Positions 12,737 to 26,160 are shown, counted from the first letter of the stretch. The stretch is DNA of 64,000 nt from Malacoraja senta (GCA_038087875.1 CM075989.1:15316001-15380000); one strand, 5' to 3'. The notes: generated by a model from the letters alone, not told the origin. Made by a program: numbers and translations.

Positions 12737-13579
12737 CTGAAAGTTTGAACAAAAATTGAAACGTTTAAGAACAAGGAATTAGAAAAATGATTGCTTTACA
12801 ATTCTGAACAGAAAAAAAAATGATTTAGAAAATGCAGTTAATTTTAAATGAACAACAATTTTAATAATTTGAATTAAACAAAACAAATTATGCAGTTATA
12901 GGGGGAACACAAAAAAACTTTAATCTGCTTATTTAAATAATGTTTTACTTTGAAGAGATAACGCTGCATAGTCTCAAGGATTAAAATTAGAAATGTTAGT
13001 ACCTTTTAGGTGGAAAGTAAATATCTAAAATAACTTCTGTTTATCTCAGCACTCTCTACCCCATAATATTTCTCATATGTAGATATAACTTTACTTTCCA
13101 CTTGGCCACTGTTTAATGCAACCTCATTAACTTTTTTCTTTTTCCTTCAAATCGGGTTTGGAGGTGGGGCATTTCCAAAATGGGTCATCTTCTGTCAGCT
13201 CCAATGTTCATTTTCCAGCCAATAGAATGCACTGTGGTACAATTGCCAATGGCTGAATCACAAGCATGACCGAGTCAACCTTTAAGATGAAAAATCACGC
13301 CTTAAAGCACCCAGAAAATTTAATTCATCCAGTGTGCTGTAAGAATAAATCAGTCATACGTGTAAAGAGTAAAAAATAATAATTGAATTGTTGCCACTTC
13401 TGAATACTCCACAAGTCGGTATTTAGCCTGGTAGTGAACCGTCATTTTAGATTTTCATTACTAATGAGCCCATTTAAATGAAGGGTATAACCATTTGCAA
13501 TGTATCAGACACAGAATTTTCACTAGCAGCTTATAAGGTTTTGATTATACAATGCAAGACACAAAATGATCAAAATTAC

Positions 13580-13622
13580 CTCAGTCTTTATTTCGTCAAG
13601 TGTTGAGATTTGCTCACTCCTC
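13580..13622 (-). CDS. ZNF280D: ZNF280D small coding exon
   Basis: ttttttcatctcacag|...GAG|gtaatt; RSEQISTLDEIKTE (phase 2->0), resembling recalled human SEHLSELKKE. Confidence 0.7.
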
Positions 13623-16469
13623 CTGTGAGATGAAAAAAAGTTTGCCTTAAATTATTTAAATGTGGCTAGAAAACAAGAAGCTGATAGCTTAAATAAATGC
13701 ATCATCTTTCAAAGCAATACAATATGAGTATTTTTAAGATAGTTTTAATCGGCTAAAAATCACTAAATATTTTGGCTGCTAATTCAAACCTACATTTTAA
13801 TAAAAAAGTATATTAATGCCCACTTACTCCTCTTCTGTTCTTTCCTGTTGCTCAGATAACTTTCAATTCCTTTCACTTCTTGCCCCCCAAATTAGGAAAA
13901 GCAGACCTTTCAGAGTGCTGACATGCAAAGTTGTCATCTTCACCCGAACATCCCTATGTTGCATGGGCAGTTAAAGTTGGTGCCACTGGTTTGGAGAGCA
14001 ATTTGCTACACAGATGTTGGTCTTTTGACTTCCACTGAAGCACTTAGCAGAACTTTGCATCATCTGCCCACCTACAAGTCCACCACCTCACACCTTAATC
14101 TATTCTTCGGCATCTTCTGTAAGCTCCTTCCCATTCCTCTCGTAACTCCAAAACAAGCAGAGGCAGCATCTCAAGATCCTCTTCAACATATCAGCCTTTT
14201 TTCTTCCAATCTATACATTATGACTTTTTATTCTGAGCGATTTAAATCTGTTTTGTCTTCTCCAATCATTCTTAAAATGCTGTTATAAATTCAGTCTTTT
14301 CATGACCACAAACCAAAGTGTATCATCTTATATGGCCTCTTTATTCCCAAGCTGTTGATCACCTGGTGGCTATCTCTGACCACTTCAACCTTTCACCATT
14401 CCCATCTACTGACCTTGCTGCCAACCTAATTTCCTACTGCATCCCCTCTTATCAAATCTTCATCCAATCCCAATTTAAGCTATTCCATTTCCACTCAATT
14501 TTCAAGGGATTTAAACTTGAACAAGTCATATAGGCACAGATAAGCAGATACTCTGGACGCTGTCCTTCTCTATTTTCTGTCCCCCTTGTGCTCTTAGAGA
14601 TTAGCTCCGTAAAACCTAGTTTGCACATATGATCTCATTCCTATTAAATTGCTGATCAGCTAAGTTCTCTTCCTAGTCTTAAAGGATCACTCAGATCACA
14701 AATCCAATAACCACAACCAGTGATAATCCACAGCAAACTTGTTTTCTATTCATTTGCATATCTGATCAACAGAAAGATTTCCTCTAAACTAATCTGACAT
14801 GTACTGTACAAATGCAGACTAAATTTTGCCTGATTGTATTTTTTGTATCACTACAGTCAGCCAAAAATTCTTAATGTTAAAGCCACAGGCCTCTTTTTCA
14901 TTCATCATGCAGTCCTAATGTTGTACAACTAGATATTCTTTACAAAAGTACGACAGATGCTGAAATTAAAACAGAAATACTGGATATACTCTGTAGTTAG
15001 AAGCATTTGTGACAATAGAAACAGTGTTAACGTGTCCGGTTGATGATCTTTTTATTAACTTTTCTTTGTAGTCAATATGAATATTGTTTATTCTCCCCAA
15101 TTTCAAGGGCTCCTTTGTTGCAGATCCTCTACAAGATCAGGTTATCAAGCTGATCCCCAAGACGTTTACAAGCTCAGTTAAAAACATCTGCATTGCAACA
15201 TAATTGAATTTTCATTTCAAATAACTAATTATTTCAAAAGTCTGGCATAGTCTGGCACGCAATACATATACATATACTTTTATATCTTGGACTGGTAAAT
15301 CTGGATTTGGGTCATCAGGCAGGAACTCTCAAAGTATAGCATGCCAGTGTCTGAACTGGGTAATATACATCAGTACAATGCTGGCACACAAGCTGCGTTA
15401 CAGATGTCAAACTGCTAATGGAATATCACTGCAGTGGCCTAAGCTCACAATGCCAGCCAGGATGTAACCCGAGCCCCACACCTCAAAAGTTAGGAGTCAC
15501 ACAGTTTATCTTGCGTTACCCAACTTCAGCCTCCACAGACCAGCTCCCCATAGCTAAGCCAATCATACAATTAATCGCTGTGGGAGTCCCAGCAGAGGGC
15601 AGGACTTTAGGTCAGGTCCAAATCACTGCAGTGCACAGTTGCAATTGTGTTCCCAGCACAACACTACAAAACCTGAGCAAATTCCTTTTAAAAATACAGG
15701 TGTGTGTATACACCACAAATTCCATAATGAATCAACGCTTTGAAGGGGGTGGGGGTGGGGGGGGGGGGGGCTAAGCTCAGTTCCAATGTAATCCTCCAGT
15801 ACCACACCACAAATTTGTGGAAGTACTGTCACCCTGCTGTGCTCACAATGATTGAATTGCTCTCTCCCCCTCCAAGTCCAAACATTTTCTCAGCCATTTA
15901 AAAGGAAAATCAGTATCTTAAAAATATTTGTTGCATGCAAGAACATGTTGGCATCACAGATACAAAGAGCACTTGCCACTCTTGAGTCAAACAGTTACGT
16001 AGCACCATTGAAGAAATGAATTAAGTACCTAAGAATTCAGTGATCTTTATTTTTCCAATTGGTGTAACTCAAATGCTATTGGTCATGGACAATTACACTT
16101 ATCTGTTAATAGGGATACAGAGGGGTAAGTTTTTTCACTTTTATTTGGATTGAACCCAATGGATTTATCTTTAATATAATTTTTGTATTCAGAAAAATCA
16201 AGAACCACATTTTTCTGCACTATACTGTCAAATATTTCTTGGATCACATTTATTTTGAGGTGAGTTACGAGAAGACTGGAGGTTGGCTGATGTGCTTTCA
16301 TTTAAGAAGTGATGCAAGGATAAGCCAGGGACCGAGACTGGTGAGCGAACAACAATGGTGGGAAAGATACTGGAGGGGATTTTGAGAGACAGGATTTACC
16401 TGCACGTAGAAAGGCAAGGATTGATTTGGGAGAGTAAATATTGGCCTTGTTCTTTGAAAATATCTCACA

Positions 16470-17652
16470 AACCTCCCCCCCAAAGGTGAATGAGAGGATT
16501 AATGAAGGCAGAGCTGCTGGCATCGTCTATGTAGGCTATATAGCAAGGTTTTTGACAAGGACCTACCTGGTAAACTGATCCAGAAGGTTATTTCACATGG
16601 GATTCAGATTGAGTGAGTCATTTGCCTTGGTGGTAAGAGTATGAGGGTGGTAGTGAAGTGTCGCTTTTCAGTTGGAAGCCTTTGACCAGCAGTGTGCCGT
16701 AAGGATTGGTGCTGAGTCCACTGTGGTCTGTCATCTATATTAACAATTTTTTTTATTGAGAATGCATTTGGCACTGTTTGTAAATTTACTGACAACACCA
16801 AATTTGGTGGTATAGTAGATAGTGAAGAAAGTTATCTAAGATAACGATAGATCTATACCAACGAGAAAAATGGGGCAAGAAATAGTGGATGGAATTTAAC
16901 TTGAACAAATGCCAAAGTAGTGCATTTTGACAAGTTATACCAGGACGCACAGTAAATGGCAGGGTCCTATGGAGTGCTGTAGAACAGAGACACCTAGGGA
17001 TGCAAATACATTGTTCCATGAAAGTGACAACACATGTAGGCAGGGGTCGTAAAGACTTGCGTGTCTTCATGAGAATATGTACATGAGTTAGGATGTCGTG
17101 CTGTAACTGTACACGATGTTGGGGAGACCGCAGTTGGAGTACTATGTGTAGTTCCGGTTGTCAAGCTATAGGAAGGATATGATTAAGAAAAAAAGGATGA
17201 AAAAAAAATTCACAAAGGTATTATTAAGATTGGAGGGCTTGAGTTACAAGGAGAAGCGTGGGTAGGCTGGAGCTTTCTTCTCCTGAAGCATAGAAAGCTG
17301 AGGGGGTGACAAGAGGTTTGTAAAATAATGAAAATGATAAAAGTATTTTTTCTCCGAGTAGGGGAGTCTAACATTAGAGGGTATCGTTTTAATGTGAGAG
17401 ATGAAAGATTTAAAGAGCACTTGAGCGGCAACTTTTCCCATACAGAGGAATGTAGAGTAAGTGGACCGAGCTACCTGCGGAAGTGTTAGAGGTGGATACA
17501 ATTAGACCATTTAGGCATTTGGACAGGTACATGCATAGGAATGTTTTCAGAGAGATATGACCAAAAGCAGACAAAATAAGATCAGCTCAGGTAGGCAACT
17601 TAGTCAACATGGACAATTGGGCCAATTTCCGTGATGTATAATTCTGACTCTA
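16470..17652 (+). mobile_element. CR1-clade LINE, 5'-truncated, degenerate
   Basis: RT segments (KAFDK-like, GVPxGxVL, KFxDxTK-like) and CR1 3' tail. Confidence 0.85.
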
Positions 17653-17814
17653 AAAAGGAATTTCTGCCAAATATAGATTGCAGAAGCAGGTCTTTGAGTT
17701 ACAAAGGATGTAGTAAGGACCTGTGCTGAAGAAAGACATCAAGGAAGTGACGTACATTCTGAGATTTGGATGGGAGAGCATGAACAGCACTGATCCCAAG
17801 ACAGTTCACTGGAT

Positions 17815-18070
17815 TTTAGGTTTATTATTGTCATATGTTCTGAGATACAGTGAAAAGCTTTGTTTGGCATGCTATCTAATCTGATCACATAATACTATAT
17901 GCAAATACAATCTAGTCAAACCTAGTATAATAGGTAGAGCAAAGGGGAAAATAGGCAGAGTGCAGAATATATTTCTGCAATAGTTCTGTAGACAAAGTCC
18001 AATGTCCGCAATGGGGTAGAGGGTAGAGGTCAGAACCCTGGCCTCTGGTAGAACCTGATAAGAGGGGAAA
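17815..18070 (-). mobile_element. 3' tail of Rex/Babar-type LINE
   Basis: Same family as 52640-52830 and the plus-strand tail at 58690-58805 (ttttcactgta...aataaa). Confidence 0.55.
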
Positions 18071-18439
18071 GTAGGGAAATAGGTTCAGGGATCTGTGAAC
18101 TGACAGACGAACATAGAACATTACAGCACAAGAACAGTCCCATCAGCATATGATTCCAAGAAGAAATATCATCTGGCTTGAGCTTGAGTGAACAGCTATT
18201 TCATGATTGAGAATGCCTGTGTGAACTCGTAAACAAGAGCAGCAAGGGGCTCTCTTGGGAAGTAAGACTGGACAGCTGACTGAAGTGTTAGTAAGATACA
18301 AAAAAGGACAGGGCAAGTCCAAAACTTGAAGTATTTTATTGGGGTTAAGGCCAATTTTGATGGTATCAGCCAGAAGCGTTCATAAGTTGAATGGGGGTGT
18401 TGTGTTTGCCGTTAACAGGGACGTCAGGTAAGTGGGCGT

Positions 18440-19915
18440 CCTTTAAACATGAAATACCGAGGTTTAAGGCTAACATGTTCCCATTATAGTGAAGGGCAAG
18501 GCTGACACAAGAGATATTGAGGCTCTGATCAAGAAATGGGAGGCAAATGTCAGATATAGGCAGCTTGAATCGTGAATCCCTTGAGTATAGGAGATATAGC
18601 AATAAGCTAGTTCGGTATTCCAACTGCGCATGCCCAGGTCATTGGTCGCTCGCGATAAACACTCTCGCCGGCTGTGCTGCTGCATGGGTGCGGACCTGCA
18701 TTTTATCCGTGGTCGGGGTCGGGTCTCGGCGGTGTTGAGTTGCTGCTGGGCCGCCCCCGTCCCCTCCCGAGTGTCCCGTCCCTGTCCGGGGGTGGATGGG
18801 AATGTCCAGGGTGGCCCTGGGCTGGCGGGTGTCGGACAGGAGTGGCGGCACAGGCTTGCAGTCAACGTGGAGGGGGGGCGCTGGCTCCAGCTCGGCTCTG
18901 TCTGTCCCGCCGGGTTGACCGGCAGCCAAGGCTAGCGGCCAGCGCGGAGGGGAGGCGCTGGCTCGGCTCAGCCTGTCCCACCGGGTTGACTGGCGGCCCT
19001 GGACTGGTGGGGCGCCGGCCCGTTGCAGTGGCGGCCCAGGCTTGCAGCCGGCGTGGAGGAGAAGCGCTAACTCCAGCTCAACACTGCTTGTCCAGCCGGG
19101 TTAACCAACAGCCCTGGACTGATGCGACACCGGCCTGGAACAGTGGAGTTGGCGCTTCTGCTCCACGCTGGTTGTGGGCCTGGGCTGCTGCTGCGACGGG
19201 CCAGAGTACCGTCGGTCCAGGGCTGTCGGTTGGCCCGGCGGAGTTGGGCTGGAGTTGGCGCTTCTTCTCCCCGCTGGCTGTGGGCTTGGGCCACCACTCC
19301 CGTCTGACGCCCGTCGGACCGGGGTCGCCTCGGACGTCTCCAGCCGCCCCCGGACAGGGATGGGGCACTCGGCAGGGGACAGACGGTCCAGTGGTGATTT
19401 GGCAGACCTTGCGGCACCGGAGACCCGGGCTTGATCCTGGTTGCGGATGAGGTGCAGGTCTGTGTGCATGCGGCGGCACGGTTGCCCAGAGTGTTTATCG
19501 TGAGTGACCTTTGACAAATCCCATGATTCCTTGCATTTTTCAGAATACCGAACTCGCTTATTCACTTAAGAAAGAAATCAGGAGATCAAAAATGGGACAT
19601 GAGAAAGCATTGCTATGGGTGTCTAAAAGTAGAGGACATAGGTTTAAGGTGAGAAGGGAAATATTTAGAAAGGACCTGAGAGACAACCTATTCACACAGA
19701 GGGTCTGCATACATGGAATGAGCAACCAGAGAAGTGATAGAGGTGGGTATAATTACAGCATTTAAGAGATAACATTTAGATAAGTACATGAATAGGAAAG
19801 GTTTCAGAGGGATATGGGCCAGGCGCACATGGGTTGGTCAACTGGAACGGTTAAGAAACTTGGTCAGGATGTACAGGTTGGGCCGAAGGGGCTGTTTCTG
19901 TGCTCTATGACTATG
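18440..19915 (+). mobile_element. CR1 fragment interrupted by fold-back element
   Basis: VRYRQL..ESLEYR before 18600 and LKKEIRRSKMGHEKAL after 19562, then CR1 3' end. Confidence 0.7.
18601..19562. mobile_element. GC-rich fold-back (long inverted repeat) non-autonomous element, superfamily unassigned
   Basis: Terminal AATAAGCTAGTTCGGTATTC vs reverse complement AATAAGCGAGTTCGGTATTC; several hundred bp of imperfect inverted arms; internal ~80-bp subrepeats. Confidence 0.8.
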
Positions 19916-20211
19916 GAGAGACAATATCGTTAAGTGAAGCAGAATGCCTTTCTGTTGGAGATGGGTGAAGAAGTGAAGAAAATAATGGACTAGTTATATT
20001 ATTAAGTATGTGCAGTAATCTAAATGCCAATTATTTTTCCTCTTAATTTTAACACTAAAAATGTATCAACCTAGAAATAAGGATGTATTTAAATTACAAA
20101 TCTGGTTAATTTTAAAATTCTAAGAGTTCCAAGTGAGCAGGTTTGCTGAAAAGAGACATATTAAGAGTTTCAGCACCAGAAAGAAAGTACATTCCTAAAT
20201 TTGCTACTTAC

Positions 20212-20280
20212 AATAGGTCAGCTGATTTGGGAATTTTGTCAGTCGGGATTTTGTATGAATTTATCAAAATGAACTCAAGA
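20212..20280 (-). CDS. ZNF280D: Candidate small ZNF280D cassette exon
   Basis: Good acceptor ttttctttcaaag| and donor |gtaagt; open only in phase 2->2 (LEFILINSYKIPTDKIPKSADL), compatible with the 13580-13622 exon; no homology recognised. Confidence 0.35.
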
Positions 20281-20919
20281 CTTTGAAAGAAAATAAAATA
20301 ACTAGTTACAGTCATCACACCAGAATGGTTTGGTCTGATTCCACCTATTCTCTAACATATTTAGTCTCACAAAACTTCTTACTGATTCTTGTCAGAAAAT
20401 GAATATGAAACACATTCCAATTATAAAGAATATTGCTTCCTTCTTGCATGTATTGAATTCACATTTTGTTAAATTGTGGCTTGGGAATTAGCAAGTGTTT
20501 CCAAAGTATTTTCAACCTGTTCATTCCACAAGGCCAGATACTATCATCTGAATAAGTACAAACTTAAAATTAAACAAGTGGTACAAAATCCATTCACGTA
20601 ATTCCAAGATTATTTTCCTCAGTTAAAAAGTTCAGAAATCGAATTGGTGAGCTCCCTAGCCATAAGCATAGTTGATGTAGAGATGACACAAAAATGAATT
20701 AGTATTTGTTTTAATATTCTGTTATTGTTTACCTATTTCTTAATTATGTAAAGATATATTTCAATTCTTGCTTCTAATAAGTTCTACGTTTGCTTGGAAA
20801 ATAACTGAAAGAAAGCACCTTTTAATTAAACAGAATCAAATTTGTAAACATTACTGCATTAAAAAAATCATTGAATTAATTGAACTATTGCGAGAGGTTT
20901 GGTGGGCTAAGACTTCAGT

Positions 20920-22250
20920 GCTTAAGTGCAGGTGGCTAAGGGGTGATCTTCCAGAGGTGTATAAAATCATGAAGAAAATAGAAAAGGTCAATACATTTTT
21001 TCCCCCAGGGTAGGGGAATCAAAAAGCAAAGGACATAGGTTTCCGGTGAGGATGTAGCGGACGTGTCTTTTTTGGACTATAGGCTTGTGGCTAATGGTTT
21101 GCCTCAGCATCCTGGTGCATCAGGGTCCCAGAAATGGTGCTGAGACCATTGCTGTTTGTGGTTTATATGAACGATTTAAATGAAAATGTAGAAGTCATGA
21201 TTAATAAGTTGGACACTAAAATGGATGGTATCGTGGATCGTGAAGACGGCTATCAAAAATTACAGCAGGCTCTTGATTGGCTAGACTAGTCGGCTGAGGA
21301 ATGGCTAAAGATGTTTAATGCAGATACATGTGAGGTGTCGCTTTTTTGGGAAGTCAAACCAGGGCAGGACCTTCACAGTGAATGATAGGGTTATGGGGAG
21401 TGTTGTAGAGCAGTGGGATCTACGAGTACAGGTGACATAGTTTGTTGAAAGTGGCATCACAAATAGATAGGGTGGTAAAGAAGGCTTTACGAACATGGGC
21501 CTTCATCAGTCCAGGTATTGAGTAAAGAAGTTGAGATGTGATGTTACAGTTGTGCAGGATATGGTCAAGATTATAAATAATGATCTCCTTTTCTTTTTTT
21601 ATTTTCTACTCTCTTTTTTCTATTTTCTTTTCTTCAATTTTCTTCTTTCACTCTTTTTTTTCTTTTTCACACACTATATATCTCACGTTTTTCTATCTTT
21701 TATTATCTACTTTCTTTTTCTTATTCTTCTTTATTATTTAAAAAAAAATAAGAAGCTGTACATAAAATGTATTATGTCAATATATATTAGGCACTTTGGT
21801 GCCATATGATTGTACTTACTTCTAATAAAATTAAAATATTAAAAAAAACACAGTTGTGCAGGATGTTGGTGAGTCCACATTTGGAGTACTATGTTCAGTT
21901 TTGGTCACCCTACTATAGGAAGGATATCATTAGGCTGGAAAGAGTGTAGAGAAGATCTATGGGGATCTGACCTGGACGAAGGGCTGAGCTACCAGGAAAG
22001 ATTGGGCAGGAGGCTGAAGGGTGATCTTATAGAGGTGTGTAAAATCATGAGGAGGATAGGGTGAATGCACCAGGTAAGGGGAATCAAAAGCAGAGGACAT
22101 AGATTTAAAGTGAGAAGGACAACATTTAAAATTAACCTGTGGGCAACCTTTTCACACAGAAGGAAACAAGTTGTGGAACGAGCTGCCAGAGGAGATGGAT
22201 GAGGCAGGCACTATAACAGCACTTAAAAGATAGATACATGATGTTTATAG
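20920..22250 (+). mobile_element. CR1 fragments with nested L1-like tail
   Basis: LRGDLPEVYKIMK and RT segments; coding continuity across the nested insertion. Confidence 0.8.
21561..21849 (+). mobile_element. 5'-truncated poly(A) retro-insertion (L1-like 3' tail)
   Basis: Perfect 15-bp TSD ACAGTTGTGCAGGAT (21546-21560, 21850-21864); T-rich 3' UTR, AATAAA at 21824-21829, A tail. Confidence 0.8.
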
Positions 22251-23237
22251 GGATACCAACATAATTTATTTTTCTATTGGCAAATATCTCAGTGTAGGTC
22301 TGTGTTGTGGACACAGCATAGCTAATGGTTACGTTCTTTCAATGCAAGAGAAAACAGTGGATTTCTTTTAAGAGGATTTAAGTTTAAATATGACAACTTA
22401 GTTGCATATAACAAACAGATTTAATGATAATTGTATTCTAATATAAAGTGATTGTGTTGACAATGTTTCAATTTTTATCTACTATAGAAGAGCAGAGGAT
22501 AAATGCTAGATATTAATCATTTATTGCATGATTCATGACCCTCAATGTCTAAATGATAGCTCTTTTCTGTCCCATCTGCTACATTAAGCATAATAAACAG
22601 ATACATTGATTTTATCTGCAAGGAAACCTGAATAATGCATAAACATAATATCTGGATCACTAATTTGGTAATAAATTGGATTCTCAGTAAGATGTCTAGT
22701 ATAAGAAAAATAGTACGAACTAACCCCACCTCTGAAATTTATTGTAAATCAGCTCTATGGATGAATAATAAAGTTAACTTTCATTAATGATTTCACTTCA
22801 TTTACAGCAAACAGTAGTCCTTTTGGTGCAATTTGGTAATCCATTCCCATTAGCTAATTTAAAATTGCTTGATTTATGATGCAAAGCTGTATTATAAACA
22901 TTTTAAAATTACTCAACCCACATCTGTTGCTGTATTGTCAGGTAGATTATATCCTACAGGTAATTAGTAGTACAAATCATTAATAAAAGTAAAAATAATG
23001 AGGAAAAGCAAAATCAAAACACAATAAATGACACACTCGAGCTATTTTCAGGTCAGGGAATTAGAATCCCCAAATGTACTTAATCATGAACATAATCTTC
23101 CAATATGTTAAAAAGCAAGAAGGAATGATGTAGGTATGGATTACTTGTTCATTATAACCTTAATCGATAACAGCTAAATGACAAATTTCTAATATTAACC
23201 TATTTCTGAAATGTTCTGAAAATTTATGACATAAAAG

Positions 23238-23523
23238 GTATCCAGTGGTGCAACGGTAAAGATGCTGCCTCACAGTGCCAGAGACCCAGGTTCGATTCTG
23301 ATGGTGTTGTCTATGCAGAATTTATATGTTCTCCTAGTGACCGTGTGGGTTTTCTCCGGGTGCTCCGATTTCATCGTTTACATTTTGTAGGTTAATTGAC
23401 TGCTGTAAATTGTCCCTAGTGTGTAGGATGCGAAAGTGGGATAACATAGAACTGATATGAATGGGTGATCGATGGTCAGCGTGGACTCGGTAGACTCCGT
23501 TTCCATGCTCTAAACTAAACTAA
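23238..23523 (+). mobile_element. tRNA-derived V-SINE (HE1-like)
   Basis: A/B-box-like head (GGTTCGATTC), central gtgggttttctccgggtgctcc domain, CR1-like tail ending ctaaactaaactaa. Confidence 0.8.
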
Positions 23524-23574
23524 AAAGGAACTATCCAACGTAATCCCATCTTCCACTGCTGGCTCAATAGCTTG

Positions 23575-24610
23575 GAGAAACAAGGAACTAGACAATGGAA
23601 TCTTGAGCAAAATACGAAGTACTGGAGTAACTCAGTAGGTCAGGTGGCATCTCTGGAGTGCATGGATAGGCAAGGTTTGGATCGGAGCCCTTTGTCAGAC
23701 TGACCATATTTGGTTAAAAACACACATCGCTGAAAGAACTCAGCGGCTCAAACAACATCTACAGAGGCAAAAGGTACTACATCAGAACCTTTGTCTCCAG
23801 GTCTGCATAATTTACTCTATTTAAGCTCCTCAATTTTATACCACATAGGAACCCATTAGTAACAGCTGTCAAATTGAGAGCTAGTGTTGCCAACTGAAGA
23901 AGGGTGATAAAGGTACATCTGGAGGATGAGTTCACAGGAAGAGGTAAATGAAATCGGAAATACCATATTAGAAAATAATTGAATGCTGAAAATACAAGAT
24001 GAGGCAAGATTAAATGTGGAATTCAGTATCGTGTCTTAAAGGTTATAGCATGCCTGGTTGGAAGATTAGGTGCTGTTCCTTGAGCACATGTTCAGCATTT
24101 TCACAGTCACTATCCTGCAGAGAAGTCAGTGGGAAAGTGACATGAGTGCAAGCTCAAAGTCATTCTTGCGGCCTGAACAGAAGTTTCTGCAAAGCAGTCA
24201 CCCAAAGTATGATTACTTTCCTCCATGCAGTCCACCTTCTAAACACTGAATATATGGAGGACGTTCAAGTAAATCTTGCTTCACCTGGAAGGAGACCCTA
24301 AATGAAAGGGCAAATGTTGTATATCATGTGGTTGCATATGGAAGTACTCTAAGAAGTTAACTGTGTGTTGGTGGAAACAGAAAGGGTGGACCAGAATTTT
24401 CACGGTGATCTGCCCCTTTCGAATACTGAAAGAGGAATGGAGGGGAGGGGAACGTTGTCTATGTTCCCATGATATTAGGTATGTTAGAAATTGTGGAGAA
24501 TGGTCTGTGGTAAAAGCTGGTAAGAGGAAGGTGAAGACAAGTAGAACTCTATCCTGATGCTGAATTGGGGAAGGTGAGAGCAGAACTTCAATAAGTGGAA
24601 TACGAGTAGT
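23575..24610 (-). mobile_element. Degenerate Penelope-like element fragments
   Basis: Terminal-repeat sequence as in 34261-35051; RVLLVFTF (PLE RVPLVLTY-like) remnants. Confidence 0.55.
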
Positions 24611-26038
24611 AACATGGTTTCTTAAGTTATCCCTGCACCCTAATATACTTTTCATGATTTATAAAACAACGATGAAATCTGTTCAAATTAGGTTACATCG
24701 ACAATGAATGTTCAAAATATATTATATAAAATGACATTTTTATGACATTACATCAACTGTAAAAGATTTTCACATGAAAAAAAGCCCCATTGTTTGTTTA
24801 GTGGGAAAATATTGAGAATATTGCATTTTAATACCTATTCCATGACTCTGTTCTGTGAATGTTGTCATAGATAAATATTCAAAACAAATTGTCAAATGCA
24901 GATTTAAGGTGCATGTGGTTGCTGGATGCAAAATATAATTACTCTAAATAATAAGTTATATTGTGAGTTGACCCATATTACCTTTTGTATATCCCCAGCA
25001 GCCAGCTATTGAGGCTTGACAATGAGTCTCCCTTTTCTAAGCTGCTACTCTTGTTCAAATTAAGAGAATTGAATGTATTTATCTACGATAACCAAATAAT
25101 TGGTTGCAAAACTCTAAAACAATTGCAGCACAACCTTATTAAAAATATACCGATAAATCATAAGCAGTAAGTTTTCCAAATCGGTATTGAAAGTGAAGAA
25201 ATACCATCCCAAATTTACATGTTAATATTTAAGTTGCTTACAAATTATTTACATGGAGAAAGAAATAGTCACTCAAAACCAGCTGAGGGGATATCCCAAC
25301 TGTTTAAAATACAATTTCACAGAAAACAATTTCCTCAAAATTATTTGAAGGGTCCAAAATTTTTGTTGAAAAAAAAGCATACTAAGCATACTTACTGGAC
25401 TATGTTGTCAATAATACTGGACGCTGAAAGAAAAAGAACCAGAATTATTTAAAAAAGATTTCTCCTCTCCATCTTTTGTGGCCTTGGATACAAGACAATC
25501 ATGGAACAAGGTTGTTCCTGATTCACTGTAACCCCTTATCTTCACAGAAAAGGCTTGTTGGATGTTTAAGTAACATATTGTGTACCTTATCTTTCCTGTT
25601 CTTATTTACATTTTTAATCTAACCGTCGAATTTTGCTTTCTTCTTCTTCAACCAAAACTATACTTATACCAAAATTATACGAAAAGATTAGTTCATTTAT
25701 CCTGTCAATCTGAAATATTGATTATTTGACTATAGATTATACTTGTGATATTTACTATAGCTGTGAAAAATAATAGTAGAATCACAGCTATCATTGAAGA
25801 AATTCTGTATATCACTCCCCATAACAAGAATTATGATTCCAGTAATAGGATCATTTTGAATAATATTTATCTTTCAAATAAAAGGAACTATACCTACAGC
25901 ATGCACATTTACAAATTTACAATCACAAAATATAATTTTTAAAACAAGTTAATAATAATCTTTATTAATATCATTTTGCCTATGAAGCTAATAAGTAAAA
26001 ATAACATAACATCAAAAATGTCAAGCTTTTCCACTTAC

Positions 26039-26160
26039 CACTGGATTTTGTAACAATATGACAGACATGGAACTTGTTTTGATAAAGATGTTTTGCCATA
26101 TCATCTGAATCATTAACACTGGCTTCAAATGGACAACTAGAACATACTAGTTTTATATCG
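26039..26160 (-). CDS. ZNF280D: ZNF280D coding exon (last finger)
   Basis: cag|...|gtaagt; DIKLVCSSCPFEASVNDSDDMAKHLYQNKFHVCHIVTKSS; phase 2->1. Confidence 0.9.

Noticed and set aside
13130..13279. Possible minus-strand exon between the two small 3' exons
   Set aside because: In-frame TGA in the required phase, and the neighbouring exons already join in frame
18470..19565. Cluster of overlapping 60-258 aa ORFs on both strands
   Set aside because: By-product of high GC and palindromic structure in the fold-back element; no recognisable domain
21531..21809. Phe-rich 92-aa ORF resembling a membrane protein
   Set aside because: Translation of the T-rich 3' UTR of the retro-insertion
22918..22953. 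Possible 36-nt ZNF280D exon (YNLPDNTATDV)
   Set aside because: Weak donor, and it does not resolve the phase 1->2 gap
23238..23310. tRNA gene
   Set aside because: The tRNA-like head continues into a SINE body and tail; no intact cloverleaf
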